Positions 44,470 through 57,058 of a DNA stretch of 64,000 nucleotides are shown here, piece after piece. The stretch lies in the NCBI GenBank assembly GCA_964035575.1, contig OZ037843.1, positions 1,054,001 to 1,118,000 of the forward strand, given 5' to 3'. This DNA is from Rhynchopus sp. YZ270_cl-10 (taxonomy: Eukaryota). Numbering within the stretch: the stretch's first letter is position 1; each line of letters starts with the position of its first letter. The translations under genes were made by a program, and so were the position numbers. The notes beneath the pieces were generated by a model, which had not been told where the DNA came from, did not search any database, and saw nothing but the letters and a program-made list of their open reading frames with translations.

Positions 44470-46718
44470 TTATGTGCCCCTCCCCCTCTTCCCCTTTCCC
44501 CTTGGTCTGTGCACTCTCAGTGTCTGCTTGTCCGATGGCGGGGTGTACGTCTCCGTGGCAATAGCCTTGGCAACGTCCTTCTTCAGTCGTGGCTGAGTAG
44601 CAGGGAGCCCCAATTTCTCATACTGTTCACGAAGCTCGTGGGAGTTAAACTTCTTATCGAGTCTGTTTTCCTCCGCCACCTTAGTTTCCACTGCGTGTAT
44701 CCTCTTGTACACTTCTCGGATTGACTCCACAGGCTCCTTCTGCGCAGCAACTATGTCTTTCATTTTTAATGGGATGTGCTCCAATGATTTGGAGTTGTAT
44801 CCCCACATGGCCAGGCCGAGAACAGTGCATGGGTTCGTCTGATTCATGAGCCTGCCAGAGACCCAAGCAAGGTAGCTGTTAAACCCCTCGACATAGTCGT
44901 TGGTGCATGCGGTAGCGTTTCTCTGGGCTTCTGTGGCGTTCGAAGGCTGTGGCCAAGAAGAGAGGTAGCGGGTCCACGTTTCCTCCATCACTCCCGCAGT
45001 TTCCTTCAGGAGCTTCTTGAACTTCATGACGTTACCCTTTGTTGTGGCTATTGTTTTGGCCTGGGTAATGCCGACCAGCTCCTCAGACACCCACTCAGGA
45101 AACACCCCCTTTTTCAATACAGAGATGAGCTCTGTAATGGCAGGGTACCCAACTTCTTCGGCGTACTTGGAGTTTTTAACTCCGTCCTTCTTCAGGTACT
45201 GCAATGCCTTCAGAAAAAAGGCATTCACAAGTGTGAGCACCGCAAGCACAAGGCGGGTTTCCTTGTCTTCGAGGAGGTGCTCCAGGGCATCATTCTCAAT
45301 GGTGAGATGTCCCTTAGTCACCAAGTCCTTGTACCTGTCAGTGTGGTGATACGGGCAGCATTCGTACTAATGTACGCAAAACGGCTGCCGACTTCACGCT
45401 GCAGAGTCATGCCCGCCGGCCATCTGCCTTCTTCCGCAATGGCGTAAGCCCTCACTGCCGACCCGCTCTTCGTCGTCCACGCAGTTGCTCCGGCGTCACA
45501 AGCGGTGGCGAAGCTTCCGATCCAGGTCTTGAGACGGTCTGAGCCGTCGTCAAGTGTATTATCCAGACCATCAAGCAAAACCGTCTCGGCTGCGGACACA
45601 GTGTTCGCAATCTTGTGCGTGGCACAACCCTCGTGTTCGCAGCCGCAGAGAGGAGCGGCCCCGACCTGATCAGGTGCATGATCCCCGGTCAGTGTCGTCG
45701 TCGGCTGCACCTCTGGGCAGAGTCCCGACAGTGCGGTCTTGCACTTCGTAATCTGGCAGGCCTTGTCTTTGGCTCTACCACGCACACCCGTCTCGACGTC
45801 AAGGATGAGGGAGGCGACGGTGTTGTCCTTCTCGTTGGCGGCCCATGACACAGATACTGCGGAGTACTTGTGACCAAAGGCAAACCTTGCCCCCCCACCC
45901 ACGTCTTGCCCCATGCTGACCGCAATGTTCCCCTTGCGCTTCAGCATCCTTCCGATGAGGGTCCGAGAGAGGGGAAGTGCGAGCTTGCTCCAGTTCCGGA
46001 TGGTGCCTTCGGAGATGGGATCCATGGGGGTTTTCGTTATTGCCGAGTAGAACGTGGCAACAACTTCTCCGGTCGTGTCGGCACCAAGACCCAATCCACG
46101 CAGAACAAGCGCAAGGCGGACAATGCCGGCGGAGTACCTCTGGTGCCCCTCGTGTGTGATGAAGACGGGCATCACACGAGCCCGGAGGGTGTCGTTCTCC
46201 TGCTTCAGGGCAGCCACCCGTGCATCGCTACGCCGCACAAGTTGTTGCAGCCCCTTCACCTTCGCACGCAACTTCTCCAACGTGGCGGTAGCGTCCTCCT
46301 CATCCTCCATGCACTCCTCCTCGGCGGACAGGTCCGAGAAGTCCACTGGTCGGGCGACTTCATCGTCCGAGCTGCTGCTGGTGACGTCTTGATGCTCAAG
46401 TCTATGCTTGCGCACCCTGTCTGTGGAGCTGCGCCTCTCCGACTCCTCCTTCTCTTCCCTGCTGCGCACACGGTCGCGGTGACGCTGCTGTCGGCAGTTG
46501 TCGGCGGTGGCGCAGGAGGGGGTGTGCTCGCAGGGAATTGCGCGTCCGTGCACAGGGGTGTCCGAGTCAGCGATCTTCAGTCGCTTGCGTGGGGAGTCCT
46601 CGCCTTCCTCTGCCGCCTCTGCCCTACGAGTGTGAGCGCGTTCGCGACTACGCCTCGACGAACAGGTAGACGGGTTCTTGCATGGGGGAACATGCTCGCA
46701 GGCCATCTTAGGGGGCAT
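44470..46718 (-). pseudogene. DDE transposase (hAT/MULE-related CxxH class) split by a 1-nt frameshift near 45340
   Basis: ORFs 45318-46718 and 44470-45324 overlap. Motifs MGQDVG, TGDHA, CATHKIAN, GSRF, TNDYVEGFNS; two N-terminal CEH.P.C....C repeats. Confidence 0.7.
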
Positions 46719-47620
46719 AGTGATATCTGTACTCGTGACGTGAAGGGTGGAATGCGAGGGGAGGACACAAAAGGGAGGGAAGGATTTTTTTTTTTTTTTG
46801 TGGCGGGAAGCAGGTTTGGTAAGCGTCCGAAAGTGTCCAAGCGTCCCCACTCTTGCATTGGGGTTTGGGGTGCATCCCTTAACGTACTTTCCCCCAAACA
46901 TGGTGGGTTACACCCCCCAGGAGGTGGCAGGATGACATGTGGGGGTCCTTGGAGGCCAACGACGTGTACTTACAACTTTAACTTGAAAAAAAATATGAAA
47001 AAATACGCAAAAAACGCAGCAAAATCGGGCTAAAATAGGGCCTCGGAGCCCAAAAAACCCAAAAAAATGTCATATTTTCGACTGATAAAGCCCCAAAAAC
47101 ACATATAAACACCCTGATAACCCCAGAAAAATCATTTTGGGTGTGTTTTGGACACTTTAGATGACGCTACAGCACTTTGGGTGGTCATGCAACACATGCG
47201 GGGTATTTGAGGGAAAAGTGCGTTTTGCAACCGTTACGCAACCGTTACGCGATGCAAGAGTGGATTTTGGGGCGCATCCCTCGACGTACTTTCCCCCAAA
47301 CATGGTGGGTTACACCCCCCATGAAGTGGCAGGATGACATGCGGGGGTCCTTGGAGGCCACAGACATGTACTTACAACTTTAAATTGGATTTTTTTTTGA
47401 AAAAAAACGGGAACCTCTTTTTCAGGCTTCCACCTTTTGACGTCAGGCCAGTGTCCTAAATGATGCTGCCACACCCTGAGGGGGAGGTGTGCTGTCTGTA
47501 AACTCTGTGTGGCAACAACGGGGAGGTGACCTCCGTATATCGGCAACCCGCACGTCCTAGATGTGAAAAACGGCACCAGCCGGGACACGGTCCCGGGTTT
47601 ACTCCGGATAGAACAAAAAA

Positions 47621-47699
47621 AGAGCAGCCACACTGCTTCGGCAGCGCTAAAGAGACGAGAGTAAATACCAAGTAAAAAAAAAAAAAAAAAAAAAAAAAA
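47621..47699 (+). mobile_element. Short poly(A) retroposon family A, copy 2 (may extend upstream to ~47420), nested in E9
   Basis: Same body as 9616-9689, with a 26-nt A tail. Confidence 0.75.
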
Positions 47700-48346
47700 C
47701 TCAAAAAATACGGTAAAATTGGGCAAAAATGGGGCCTTCACGGCCTTTTGCCACAAAAATAAACCCATTTTCGACGAAATTTTCCCCAAAATCACATAGA
47801 AATACCCATACAAACCCCAAAAAAATCGATTTGGGTGTGTTTTCGACACCTTAGACGACTCCAAGTCACTTTAAAGTTCCATGCAAGAGTAAGCCTTAAA
47901 TCGGCCTTTTTCCGTTACATTTTTGTTACATGTTTTGGAGTCATTTTTTCAAAAAAAACCAAATTGTTTTTGTCCCTAAGTCGTCCATTGGTGGTTTCAG
48001 TGGGTTCTCTGACCTAGATCGTAGATCCCAGGGTGTACCCCGCCGGTTTTTTGCAGATTTATTAACTTTTTCCGGGAAAAAAGTGAAAATATTCAAAAAG
48101 CTTCACCCTTCCTTAAGCCATTACGCCCCCTAGGCCCCCCCCCTGTAGGGTAACCGAAGTTACCTGAATGCAGCTGGTGTGGTGTGTTTGTGCTTTTGGT
48201 GGCAACTCATCCCAGCATCCAAATGGCAAAGATATGCAGAACAAGACGAAATCTTCCCACTGGCAGACGGGAAAAACATATACCCACCCATTTTCCCTTC
48301 CCAACCTCAACACCACAAACGAAGTCCTTACACAGCACAGTGCACA

Positions 48347-50059
48347 ATGGGCTGTCTCGAGCGTGCACTGTCGCTTGACGGGACACTGGACAAGCAAAGC
48401 AGACGTATACGAAAGCTGTACTTTATCTTCAACTGCTTAACATTTGCAGCCTCATCTGTCTTCATCCTGTTAGAGCTGGCATCCTTCCGTGAGAGTTACA
48501 TCCTCATGGCAGGTATGATCGGCTCTGCGCTTGCTGGCTTCTATTCTATGCTACTCATTCTGTTTAAGTACGAGCTGACCACGTTCGTCATGGTGTCAGT
48601 CGGCGGACTGTACACTGTTGCGTTACTGGGCAGTGACCTGAGTGCGCGCACTGAGTACGGATACGTCTGGCCAATGATGGTGCTCATGGTGGACTATCTC
48701 CTGGTATTGCAGCTGCCCACACGGTACAGCACAGCTGCCGTGGTGTGCACACTGGTGTATTTGGTCATTATTGCTGCAGAAGAATCGTGGAGGTTTGGTC
48801 TGTTCGACATGCCCGGGCTCATGCCTCAAGACCGTCGACGTTCCTACGCAGATGGCCTGGGTGACTGTGATGTGCTGCCTTGCAAGCAGGAGAAAGCTGC
48901 GAAAGAACTCATGACTGCAGCCTCCGTCTTCGTCCTTGACTTCATCACAACGCGTGGCTTTGCACGTGGTCTCCTGAAGGAGCAGGCATCAATGAAGCGC
49001 ACAATCGCGACAGTGCAGGACATCGCCTCGCTCCTTGCTAGTTACGACGTGGAGAAGGTGGCGGAGCTGCTGGAGGAGCACGGTGGTGAGCTGCCGGACG
49101 AGATGACAGCGGCACTGCGGAAGTTGGAGCAGAACCTGCGTGTGTACAAGGCGTACCTCCCGAAGACGTGTCTGCCGTTTGAGGCTGAGAAGATATTGTG
49201 CGTGGAACCTGGTGAGCAGGATGGTGCTGACAGTGACAATGCAACAACAGTGTCAGCGGCAACATCGAACACGTCTGTTGCAGTGCGACGCACTTCCTTC
49301 CGTGCACAGTCGCTGCTGCTCTCATCCACAAATGCAACACTGCTGACACTGAACATCAAAGACACCCTGCACCGCCTGGAGGAGGACAGTGCACGCTTCT
49401 CCGACCTCTTCACAACTGTTCTTCTGAAGACCCTGCAGGCAACAGACAGCAGACGTGGGATGGTGGACGTCTTTGTTGGGGACAGGATCCACTGCTCGTT
49501 CAACGCGTCGAAGCAGTGTGCGTCGCACGCAACCTCAGCACTGCATGCAGCAAGCATGCTCATGAGAGCTGGCCTGGCAGCCTCTGTGAACGTGGGTGTT
49601 GCAACAGGCACATTGTTGCGTGGTGACATGGGTTGTGATGTGATGCGTCGCTTCAGCATGGTGGGGACACTTGTGCGCAACGTGCACGGGATGGAACGTG
49701 CAGGACGTATGCTGGGGTGCGACGTTGTCTGCAACAGGATGTGCTTCAGCGACGCTGAGTGCGAACATGACCTTCGTCTGCTTCCGTGCAAGGTGGAGGT
49801 TGCTCGAGACTGCGAGGCACAGGTTGTGGCTGAGCTGGTTTCGAAAGACCATGACGCTTCCGGTACAGACGAGTGGATGTACCTGATAGGCGGGAAGAAG
49901 CATTGGGATTTGTACAACATAGTGGTGCGTGGGTACCTGCGTGGTGAGATCCGTGACACGGACGTTGCGAGGGCGTGGGTGGAGGCGGGTGGGAGTGGCA
50001 CACCAGCACACGCAGTTCCTTCTGGGACGTGCAGTGTTGTGTGTTCCTATCTTCGGTGA
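48347..50059 (+). CDS. Multi-pass membrane protein with a degenerate class III nucleotidyl cyclase domain, paralog 2
   Basis: Colinear with and highly similar to 38623-40341; same motifs. Confidence 0.85.
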   Translation: MGCLERALSLDGTLDKQSRRIRKLYFIFNCLTFAASSVFILLELASFRESYILMAGMIGSALAGFYSMLLILFKYELTTFVMVSVGGLYTVALLGSDLSARTEYGYVWPMMVLMVDYLLVLQLPTRYSTAAVVCTLVYLVIIAAEESWRFGLFDMPGLMPQDRRRSYADGLGDCDVLPCKQEKAAKELMTAASVFVLDFITTRGFARGLLKEQASMKRTIATVQDIASLLASYDVEKVAELLEEHGGELPDEMTAALRKLEQNLRVYKAYLPKTCLPFEAEKILCVEPGEQDGADSDNATTVSAATSNTSVAVRRTSFRAQSLLLSSTNATLLTLNIKDTLHRLEEDSARFSDLFTTVLLKTLQATDSRRGMVDVFVGDRIHCSFNASKQCASHATSALHAASMLMRAGLAASVNVGVATGTLLRGDMGCDVMRRFSMVGTLVRNVHGMERAGRMLGCDVVCNRMCFSDAECEHDLRLLPCKVEVARDCEAQVVAELVSKDHDASGTDEWMYLIGGKKHWDLYNIVVRGYLRGEIRDTDVARAWVEAGGSGTPAHAVPSGTCSVVCSYLR

Positions 50060-51090
50060 TTTTACGTTGTACTGTGGACTTAAGTGTATTGATACTGTTT
50101 TGCTGACCTCACTCCGCGAGCACAGAGGACACAGAGGACACCTGGCCGAGAAAAGGGTGGAGATCGTTGACCTACACCCGGCAGTCACCAAGGTCCTTTG
50201 GCAGTCCTTTCTTTTTACCGCATCTTTCCAAGCGTTGTTCACCATCACGATTGTTAACGACTCTGTCATTGTACCAAGGTACTGTCACGAGAGGGCTGTT
50301 CTTATTAAGGCAATTAGTATTTTGTGAAGAGAAAACCAAAAACGGAACTGAAGCTTGCGAAATGAGAGTGGAGGTTTTTTTCGTATTTTATTTCTCCCCC
50401 TCACCCACACACTTCGCGGAAAAAGAAAAAAAAAAAATCTTTTTTTTTTTTTTCGTTCGCGAGTTTGTTTTGCGTCTTCCGCAGTTTACAAACTTTTTCC
50501 TGGTATCACTTGTGATACAGTTTCCATGGATAGACATGAAAAGGGGCAGCACACAGGTGGTTCTGTGCAGGTTTTTCCACAGAACCGACACGTGGGGCGT
50601 GTCTCCCAAACAACAAAAAAGTAAATGAATAAAAAATGTTGGAAGCAAGGTTTTTTCAACGGGGACCCTATACATCCCCAATGAGGTTTTCTCTTCACGG
50701 CCAGGTCAGTGGTGCGTATTGCAGTAATAAAGAAATATCAACACAGCGAAGACTTTGCGCACAAACAAACCCCACGTCTTCCTCACCCCATTCATTACCC
50801 CCCACTGCAACAGCTTGTAGTGAGGCTTCAACGGGAATTAGTCGTTATCTCAACAAAGAAGCGCACCTACCTCTTAACTTACAAAGTACAATGAAATACA
50901 ATACAAAACAAACAGAGTAGCAAAAACAAAAACAACTGCAAAACAAACAAACTTTCAAAACCCCTACCTACTACAGCAACCACACAACATACACACCTTG
51001 TAGTGAGGAAGGGAAAAGACACGAGGAGAAAAGGGGTAAAGACAGAAGCGCTGAGCGAGCATGAGATGGCACCGACTGGACTTCGCGACG

Positions 51091-52227
51091 ATGGCATCCG
51101 TCGCTCAGCAGGTTGATGAGGTACTTACACAACGTGTTCAATACACGACGTTGAAGCAAATGACTTTACTTGTGGTTTTACATGTAATTTTACTTGTGAA
51201 TTCTTGCGAATCCTATGGGGCACACTGTCCAAACACCACACTTTTTTCCCCTCATTTTATTTGTGAAGGTACACTGTTCACGAGAGGGTTTTTGTATTTC
51301 AAGTAACCTTTTTAATTGGGGGAAAAGACATCATCCCAAAACAAACTTTGTGGAAAACCAGCGCAGCCTGATACTGCGCGATAACGAATGTGGTCAATGT
51401 GACTAAGCACAGAGAGGCTTAGGATCATCTTACAAAACTTTTCTTTTTATTTCCTCAAACTTTTCTTTTACCGGTCTGGTTGTTATTTTTTATTTTTCTT
51501 CCAGGTCATCGACGCACTGAAGTCCCTCTGTGGACAGCTTGGGGACCCGCAACTGAGCGCCCCTGGCGTTGACCCTGCGCAGATGCTTGGCGGGCTTATA
51601 GGTGCATGCCGTAAGCGGATAACCTCTTTGGAAACGTTTTACGCTGCGAACGACCTTCACGAACGTGCCAGCGAGGTAGAACGCACACGGCTCCGTCTCA
51701 AGCGCGCTGTACGCGATGCCGAAGTCGCCCTAGAACAGCACCACGCGCACACCACGACCCCACCCGCCCCCCGCACCTCAACCACACAACTCAGGGTGCG
51801 CCTCACCCCAGAAGAGTTCGAAGATCTGCAACAACGCCGCACCGCACACAGGCAGTCCCAAGCACACCTCACGAAGGGCGAAGGGAAGCTCATGTGGGAG
51901 CACACCGCGGCACGTCCAGGGCATACGGTGTCCCGACTGCACGGTGTTGCCGGGTTGATCTCAGAAGGGCCGTGGTCAGACCCTGCACGGTTTTCACATA
52001 GGGAAGACACCGATGCAGCAAAATGGATAACAAAAGACGGCTTCGACTCGACAGGGAAACACCCGCAAAGACTGCAGCCACGAGCGTCCGAGGTGACCGG
52101 GCCGTCTGCAGGGCCGTACACAACGTCACGCGCAGAGGTTGTCCTAGTCAGGCCTAACGAAACGCCATACTCCGTCGATAAAAACAACCGTTTCACACCA
52201 ATCGTCACCACAGGAAGCAGAACATGA
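51091..52227 (+). CDS. Hypothetical protein, 2 exons (51091-51120, 51505-52227)
   Basis: The phase-0 intron GAG|gtactt...ttccag|GTC joins MASVAQQVDE to VIDALKSL..., in frame with ORF 51583-52227. An alternative start lies at 51061. Confidence 0.6.
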
Positions 52228-52365
52228 ACTACAGTTGGACAAAAAACTTGGCGACCAAAAAATATTGGCGGATTTTGGGGGTTTTCTTGCAATTGGCGAC
52301 TTTTTTGGTCACCAATATTACTTGTCCAACTGTTTTAAAAAAAACGACAGTGGAGAGAGGTGGAA

Positions 52366-52433
52366 GAGATTGCACAAACTGCGGCAACACTACCGAGGCA
52401 ACTACACTACTCCAACAATTTATCAAAAAAAAA
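52366..52433 (+). mobile_element. Short poly(A) retroposon family B, copy 2
   Basis: Matches the reverse complement of 14093-14158. Confidence 0.65.
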
Positions 52434-53514
52434 AGGTCAAAAAAGGGTCCCCCTCCTTGGAGGGGATGGAGGGGGGATAACGACTGCGTGCTTTTTAACG
52501 ATTTTTTTTTTTCACCCTGGAAGCTCGTCAGTGGCAGTAAGAGTTAGAGAAATCCACGGAGTGTTTAGTGCCTGTGACAGACGTTTGTCACTTTTTGTGG
52601 GTGGGTGGGAGGATAAAAAAAAAAACCTGTTACAAAAGCTTGGCTCGAAGTTGTATTGCAAGACTGCTTCTTGTCTATGTTAACACAATTTTTTTTTTTC
52701 GTGGGTGGGAGGGAAAGAGGAGGGATTTATGTAATATGGGATAGGTTACAAAAAAAATGGTGATGACAAGTATGTCTGGCAGCTTTGTGCATGACACCAA
52801 TAGATTATCAACAAAAAAGGTGAATACGGCTTTGTCAGACATGTTCCTTTAGAGTTTTAGGATTTTTTTTTTCGGGGGTCTTTTGCAGGGCGTTCGCTAT
52901 CGCCATCGTTTTTTCCTGATCGTGGCGAAATGCCAAAAACCCCGAAATTTTCGTTTTTTTACTAGTGCTTAAAATAGGTCAAAAAAATTTTCCCGCCGGA
53001 GAGAAGTTAGTTCGTGGGTGAATCCCTGGTACTGAATGGTCAAAAAAAATTTGCGATTTGCGCGTGATCCCTTCCCCAGCACAAGTGATATTACAGCTGA
53101 ACTTTCCTGATACTAAAACCAGCAAAACGATGAAGAATTTCATCAATCCCCCCTCACTGAGGGTCTCTTTGTGTTGTTTAATCAAACAGATGTACAAGAG
53201 AGAGGCATCCGTCATATGAGACTTCATCCTTATTTTGATTATTTTCAACTCTCTGCCATTGAAGATAGAGTTGACACGAGCAGTGACACCTTCTATAACA
53301 GGGGGTACGGTACACCTTCAGCAGACTGCAGGATTGAGGAGCGAGCGGGAGTGCTGGGGAAACTTCCTCTCACGGCAGGCGGGTTTACGGATGATTTTGA
53401 GTACAGTGGACACCCCTCTGCGACCCCCGGAGGGGGTCTACAGGGTGGTGGGGAGAAATCTCTCTCTCTCTCTCTTTTTTTTCCCCCCTTTATTTATTTA
53501 TTTATTTATTTATA

Positions 53515-53627
53515 CAGGGTTTCGCCCCGGTGGGGCGAAGCCCTGGGGCGAAATAAAACGTCATTTTTTCAGGAAAAAATTTTTTTTAACGAAAAAAAAT
53601 ATTTTTCGCCCCGGGGCGAACGCCCTG
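53515..53627. mobile_element. Small MITE with CAGGG termini
   Basis: cagggtttcgccccgg / ccggggcgaacgccctg; no TSD seen. Confidence 0.55.
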
Positions 53628-53831
53628 GTCTTTTGGTACATTTGTCACGGAAGTGCTGTTGTATTTCAAGTCAAACTTTTTTCTTGTTATTTTTCAATAA
53701 CGTCTTTTTTGTGCTTCGTTTTGTTTTTTTTCTAGAATAAGAGTAGAAAGCGAGCGGGATCACATAGAGTGCACTCCCATAAAGATTGACTAAGCAAACA
53801 GAGAGGCATAAACTGTGTTTTTTTTTTTTTT

Positions 53832-56011
53832 GAGAAAAGTTCGATTTCGGCCTCGAAAATACCCGTGACACCGATTTGTCACGGTACTTTGTCACGGATT
53901 TTTTTTGAAAGATTCGATTTCGTGACAAAAAAAGTTCGATTTCGTGACAAGCCGATTTTTTCATTGACACACAAAATTCAATTTAGTGACAAATGACTTT
54001 TTTCATTGACAAAAAAAAATTCGATTTCGTGACAAATCCATTTTTTCATTGACAAAAAAATGTCATTGAAAAAAATGGATTTTGTCAAGGAAAAAGTCGT
54101 GACAGCCAACCCGCCAGTCACTGAAAAGTGACCAGACAGCCACTTGACAAACACAAAAGAGGCCATTCTTGAGCTGTCTAGAAACCTAAGGGCAGAGACT
54201 GAAGACACAAGGTATGATAACTTTATGATTATGCAAGACTTAGTATATCGCGAACACGGTCAGGCTTGCACGCCTCTGGCCAGAGGCCAGCCCCACTAAA
54301 TGATATGCAGCAGACACTCATTGCAGATTTCATTTTCATTCGGTAAAAAATTAATGGGTGCGCAAGTTTCTATACCTAATACCCCAACCCTCACCCATAC
54401 ATTCCATTACACACACCAAAACAGATCGAATCCACCAGCGCATGCGACGGAAGCAGATTCAGATTGTGGTTTGATAAGCAGAGTTCGGTTATTATGGTGG
54501 TGGAAAGGGGGGTGGGAACACTTTGTCAGTCACTGCTATAGCCATTAACCAGGGAGCATAGCTAGTGCAAGAAATTCGACTTTGGAAACCTTCCGGAAAG
54601 TCTGTCCTCTGCTTCCGGAGGACTAGACACAAGAAAATATTGTTTGTTCCCCCAGAAAACCAGTGCACAATTCACACTCCTTGTGGGTGGTCTTGTTGCC
54701 TTTTCGTCATAGTAATTTTGGCCCAGGCATGCTCTCGAAGCATGACAATTTAGTGTGTATGGGGCAGGGTGTTGTTTTGTTCTGAATTCTCTTTGTTATA
54801 ACATCTAAGTCAATCGCGGGTGGTGGTTTGTGTAGCGTGAGGCACTCTTTTTAGCAAACTTCCTGCGGCTGCTAAAGTGTTATTTCTTCGGATTTAACAA
54901 CGTACAGCGTAACATAGTGGTTTCGCCTGGTCGACACAACCTTTGATAGATACGGGATAACCAACCCCCTTCGACCCCTCGTGGGTTCACTGAACAAGCC
55001 CTAGTGGTAGTTAAACGCGATTGACATTTACATTTCCTAGAGATGAAAGAACAAGATAACACTTCTGTACCCGCGCATCAAAATTGTGGAAAACTTTGCA
55101 CCCCAAACACCCTCAACAACGCCCGCCAAAAGGCGCCCCTTGTTGCTGGGAGTTGGTTCTCATGTTTTGATACACTGCACAGCAGGCATTCCTCTGAGTC
55201 CAACGCATGTTTGGCCTGTCTGCGGCGTTGTACTTAAGGTGCACGAAGACAGGGTCTGGTGGTAAATTTTGCGTAGTACTGCGACGTGGTACTACGTGGG
55301 TCTGGGAACCTGGTACCTGGGTACAGGATATTTGTTGTAAAGACATCTTCCACCATGCATTGAGGAGGGTAAGACAGTGTTCGCAGTTTCTACCTGATAG
55401 CATTACACATTTAACTTCTCCACGGGGGTCTTGGGCCGTTCATTCGGTTATACCTTGACTACCGGAAGATATTCTTGAGGCCTTTTTGGTCTCTAGAATA
55501 TCCGGTCTTCCCGAACGGAGGCACACTTTGTGTGTTACTACGACCTGGCAATTTCCAGCAGTAGGTTAAGTAATCTTTCTTGTAAATTGTTGGATCATTA
55601 TCTCCTCAGTGCATGCATGCCCCACGTGACTGGACACTTTTGTGTTTGTCATGTGGAGCTGTGGTTGCTCTTTCACAACTTTTATCCTTGTGTCCAGTGT
55701 ACCCAGTACCCAGTGCCCTGTCACGACTTTTTCCGTGACAAAAAGTTCGGTTTCCTTGACAAAATCCATTTTTTCATTGACATTTTTTTGTCACTGAATT
55801 TTTGGATTTGTCACGAAATCGAATTTTTTTTTGTCAATGAAAAAATCGGTTTGTCACGAAATCGAATTTTGTGTGTCAATGAAAAAATTGGTTTGTCACG
55901 AAATCGATTTTTTTTTGTCACGAAATCGAATCTTTCAAAAAAATTCCGTGACAAAATTCCGTGACAAATCGGTGTCACGGTAATTTTCGAGGCCGAAATC
56001 GAACTTTTCTC
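53832..56011. mobile_element. Non-autonomous Mutator-like TIR element in a poly-T site
   Basis: Long TIR gagaaaagttcgatttcggcctcgaaaat..ccgtgacaccgatttgtcacgg with gtgacaa subterminal repeats; T-runs on both sides are compatible with a 9-11 bp TSD. Confidence 0.82.
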
Positions 56012-56569
56012 TTTTTTTTTTTATGTGTGAATGTTTGTGATCCTATACTCCCGTTCTCCCCTCCCCTCGCCACCCAAAGATAGGGGGGCCTTACAACTTT
56101 TCCCTTTTTTTTTTTCTCTTTCGCCCATAAGAGAATACGAAAAAAGCCGCCACCTATTTGCCCATTTTTTTGTGTCATTCCGTTGTCGCTTCGTCAGTCT
56201 ATGGTTGTGTTTTTCTCAGCGCAATCCGACTGGTTACTCAGTGGTGAAAGAGAAGATGCTAACCTTTGCTGTTCTGTACAGGCCGAACTTTTAGATTAGA
56301 CTTGAGTCTCTCCATCCTGTTCTCACCCTTCCCAGTCAGGGGGAATGACTGTGTGCCTTACAGTTTTCCTGTCGGCAGCTCTCAAACGCAACACCCCGGG
56401 GGTTCGATAACCCCGTGGAGTGTCAGTGCCTGCGTCCCAGAGGCGTTGGCACTATCAAGTTCACTTTAGATTTGTTGTGTCTATGATATTTCTAAACCTC
56501 ACACCTCCTCCAGATAGCTTTTTTTTGCTCATATATTCGCCTTCTTTCCGTTTATTTTACTTTTCTAAA

Positions 56570-57058
56570 ATGGGAAAGAAAGACAAAAAGGAAGGCGCCA
56601 AAGAAAAGAAGGCCGACAAACTGAAGCGCAAACCCCCACGCAGCGAGATCTGTGAGTGTGGTGTGTTTGAACCCGACGAGCGTGAGGCAGCTTGGTCTCG
56701 AAACGATCCTCGACGTGGGTGGGTGAGGGTGGGCGCTCCGCCAGCGAAGAAGGGGAAGAAAAAGGGGGCCGACGTGGCCAATCACAACGTGAACTGCACC
56801 TACCAGCGTGCGCCGTGTGGGAAGTACCCACATCTGCAGAAGTGCGCTGCCTGCGCGGAAGGATGCTCGCTGTGCGAAAAAGTCTTTCGCGACTGCCCCG
56901 GCCCCTGCCGGCCCTGTCTCTTCATGTTCAAACGCGACACGCTCCGTTCGTCTGTCACTACTACCTTGCCACTTGGATCCCTCGCCTCAGGTCTGTTCGG
57001 TGGGTCATCATATCTCCCTGGGGTGCAAAGAAGTAGAGTCGCACCGACATATTATTGA
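56570..57058 (+). CDS. Small basic Cys-rich hypothetical protein (putative Zn-binding)
   Basis: aaaATG start; Lys-rich N-terminus; CEC, HxxxC, CxxC x3; GC-rich relative to flanks. Confidence 0.7.
   Translation: MGKKDKKEGAKEKKADKLKRKPPRSEICECGVFEPDEREAAWSRNDPRRGWVRVGAPPAKKGKKKGADVANHNVNCTYQRAPCGKYPHLQKCAACAEGCSLCEKVFRDCPGPCRPCLFMFKRDTLRSSVTTTLPLGSLASGLFGGSSYLPGVQRSRVAPTYY

Larger units (their letters stand above)
44195..48132 (-). mobile_element. Train 2, element E9: TIR transposon with a divergent DDE transposase
   Basis: Imperfect TIR taggggccgtaatggccttaaggaaggggtgaagc / gcttcacccttccttaagccattacgccccc-ta; flanks ggC11 / ggC9. Confidence 0.88.

Noticed and set aside
45870..47033. 387-aa plus-strand ORF, and the antisense ORFs over the LINE, cyclases and SAS10
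   Set aside because: They are shadows of GC-rich coding sequence on the opposite strand.
47630..47650. gcttcggcagc resembling the U6 snRNA 5' stem-loop
   Set aside because: No ACAGAGA box or remaining U6 sequence; it is a generic UUCG hairpin.
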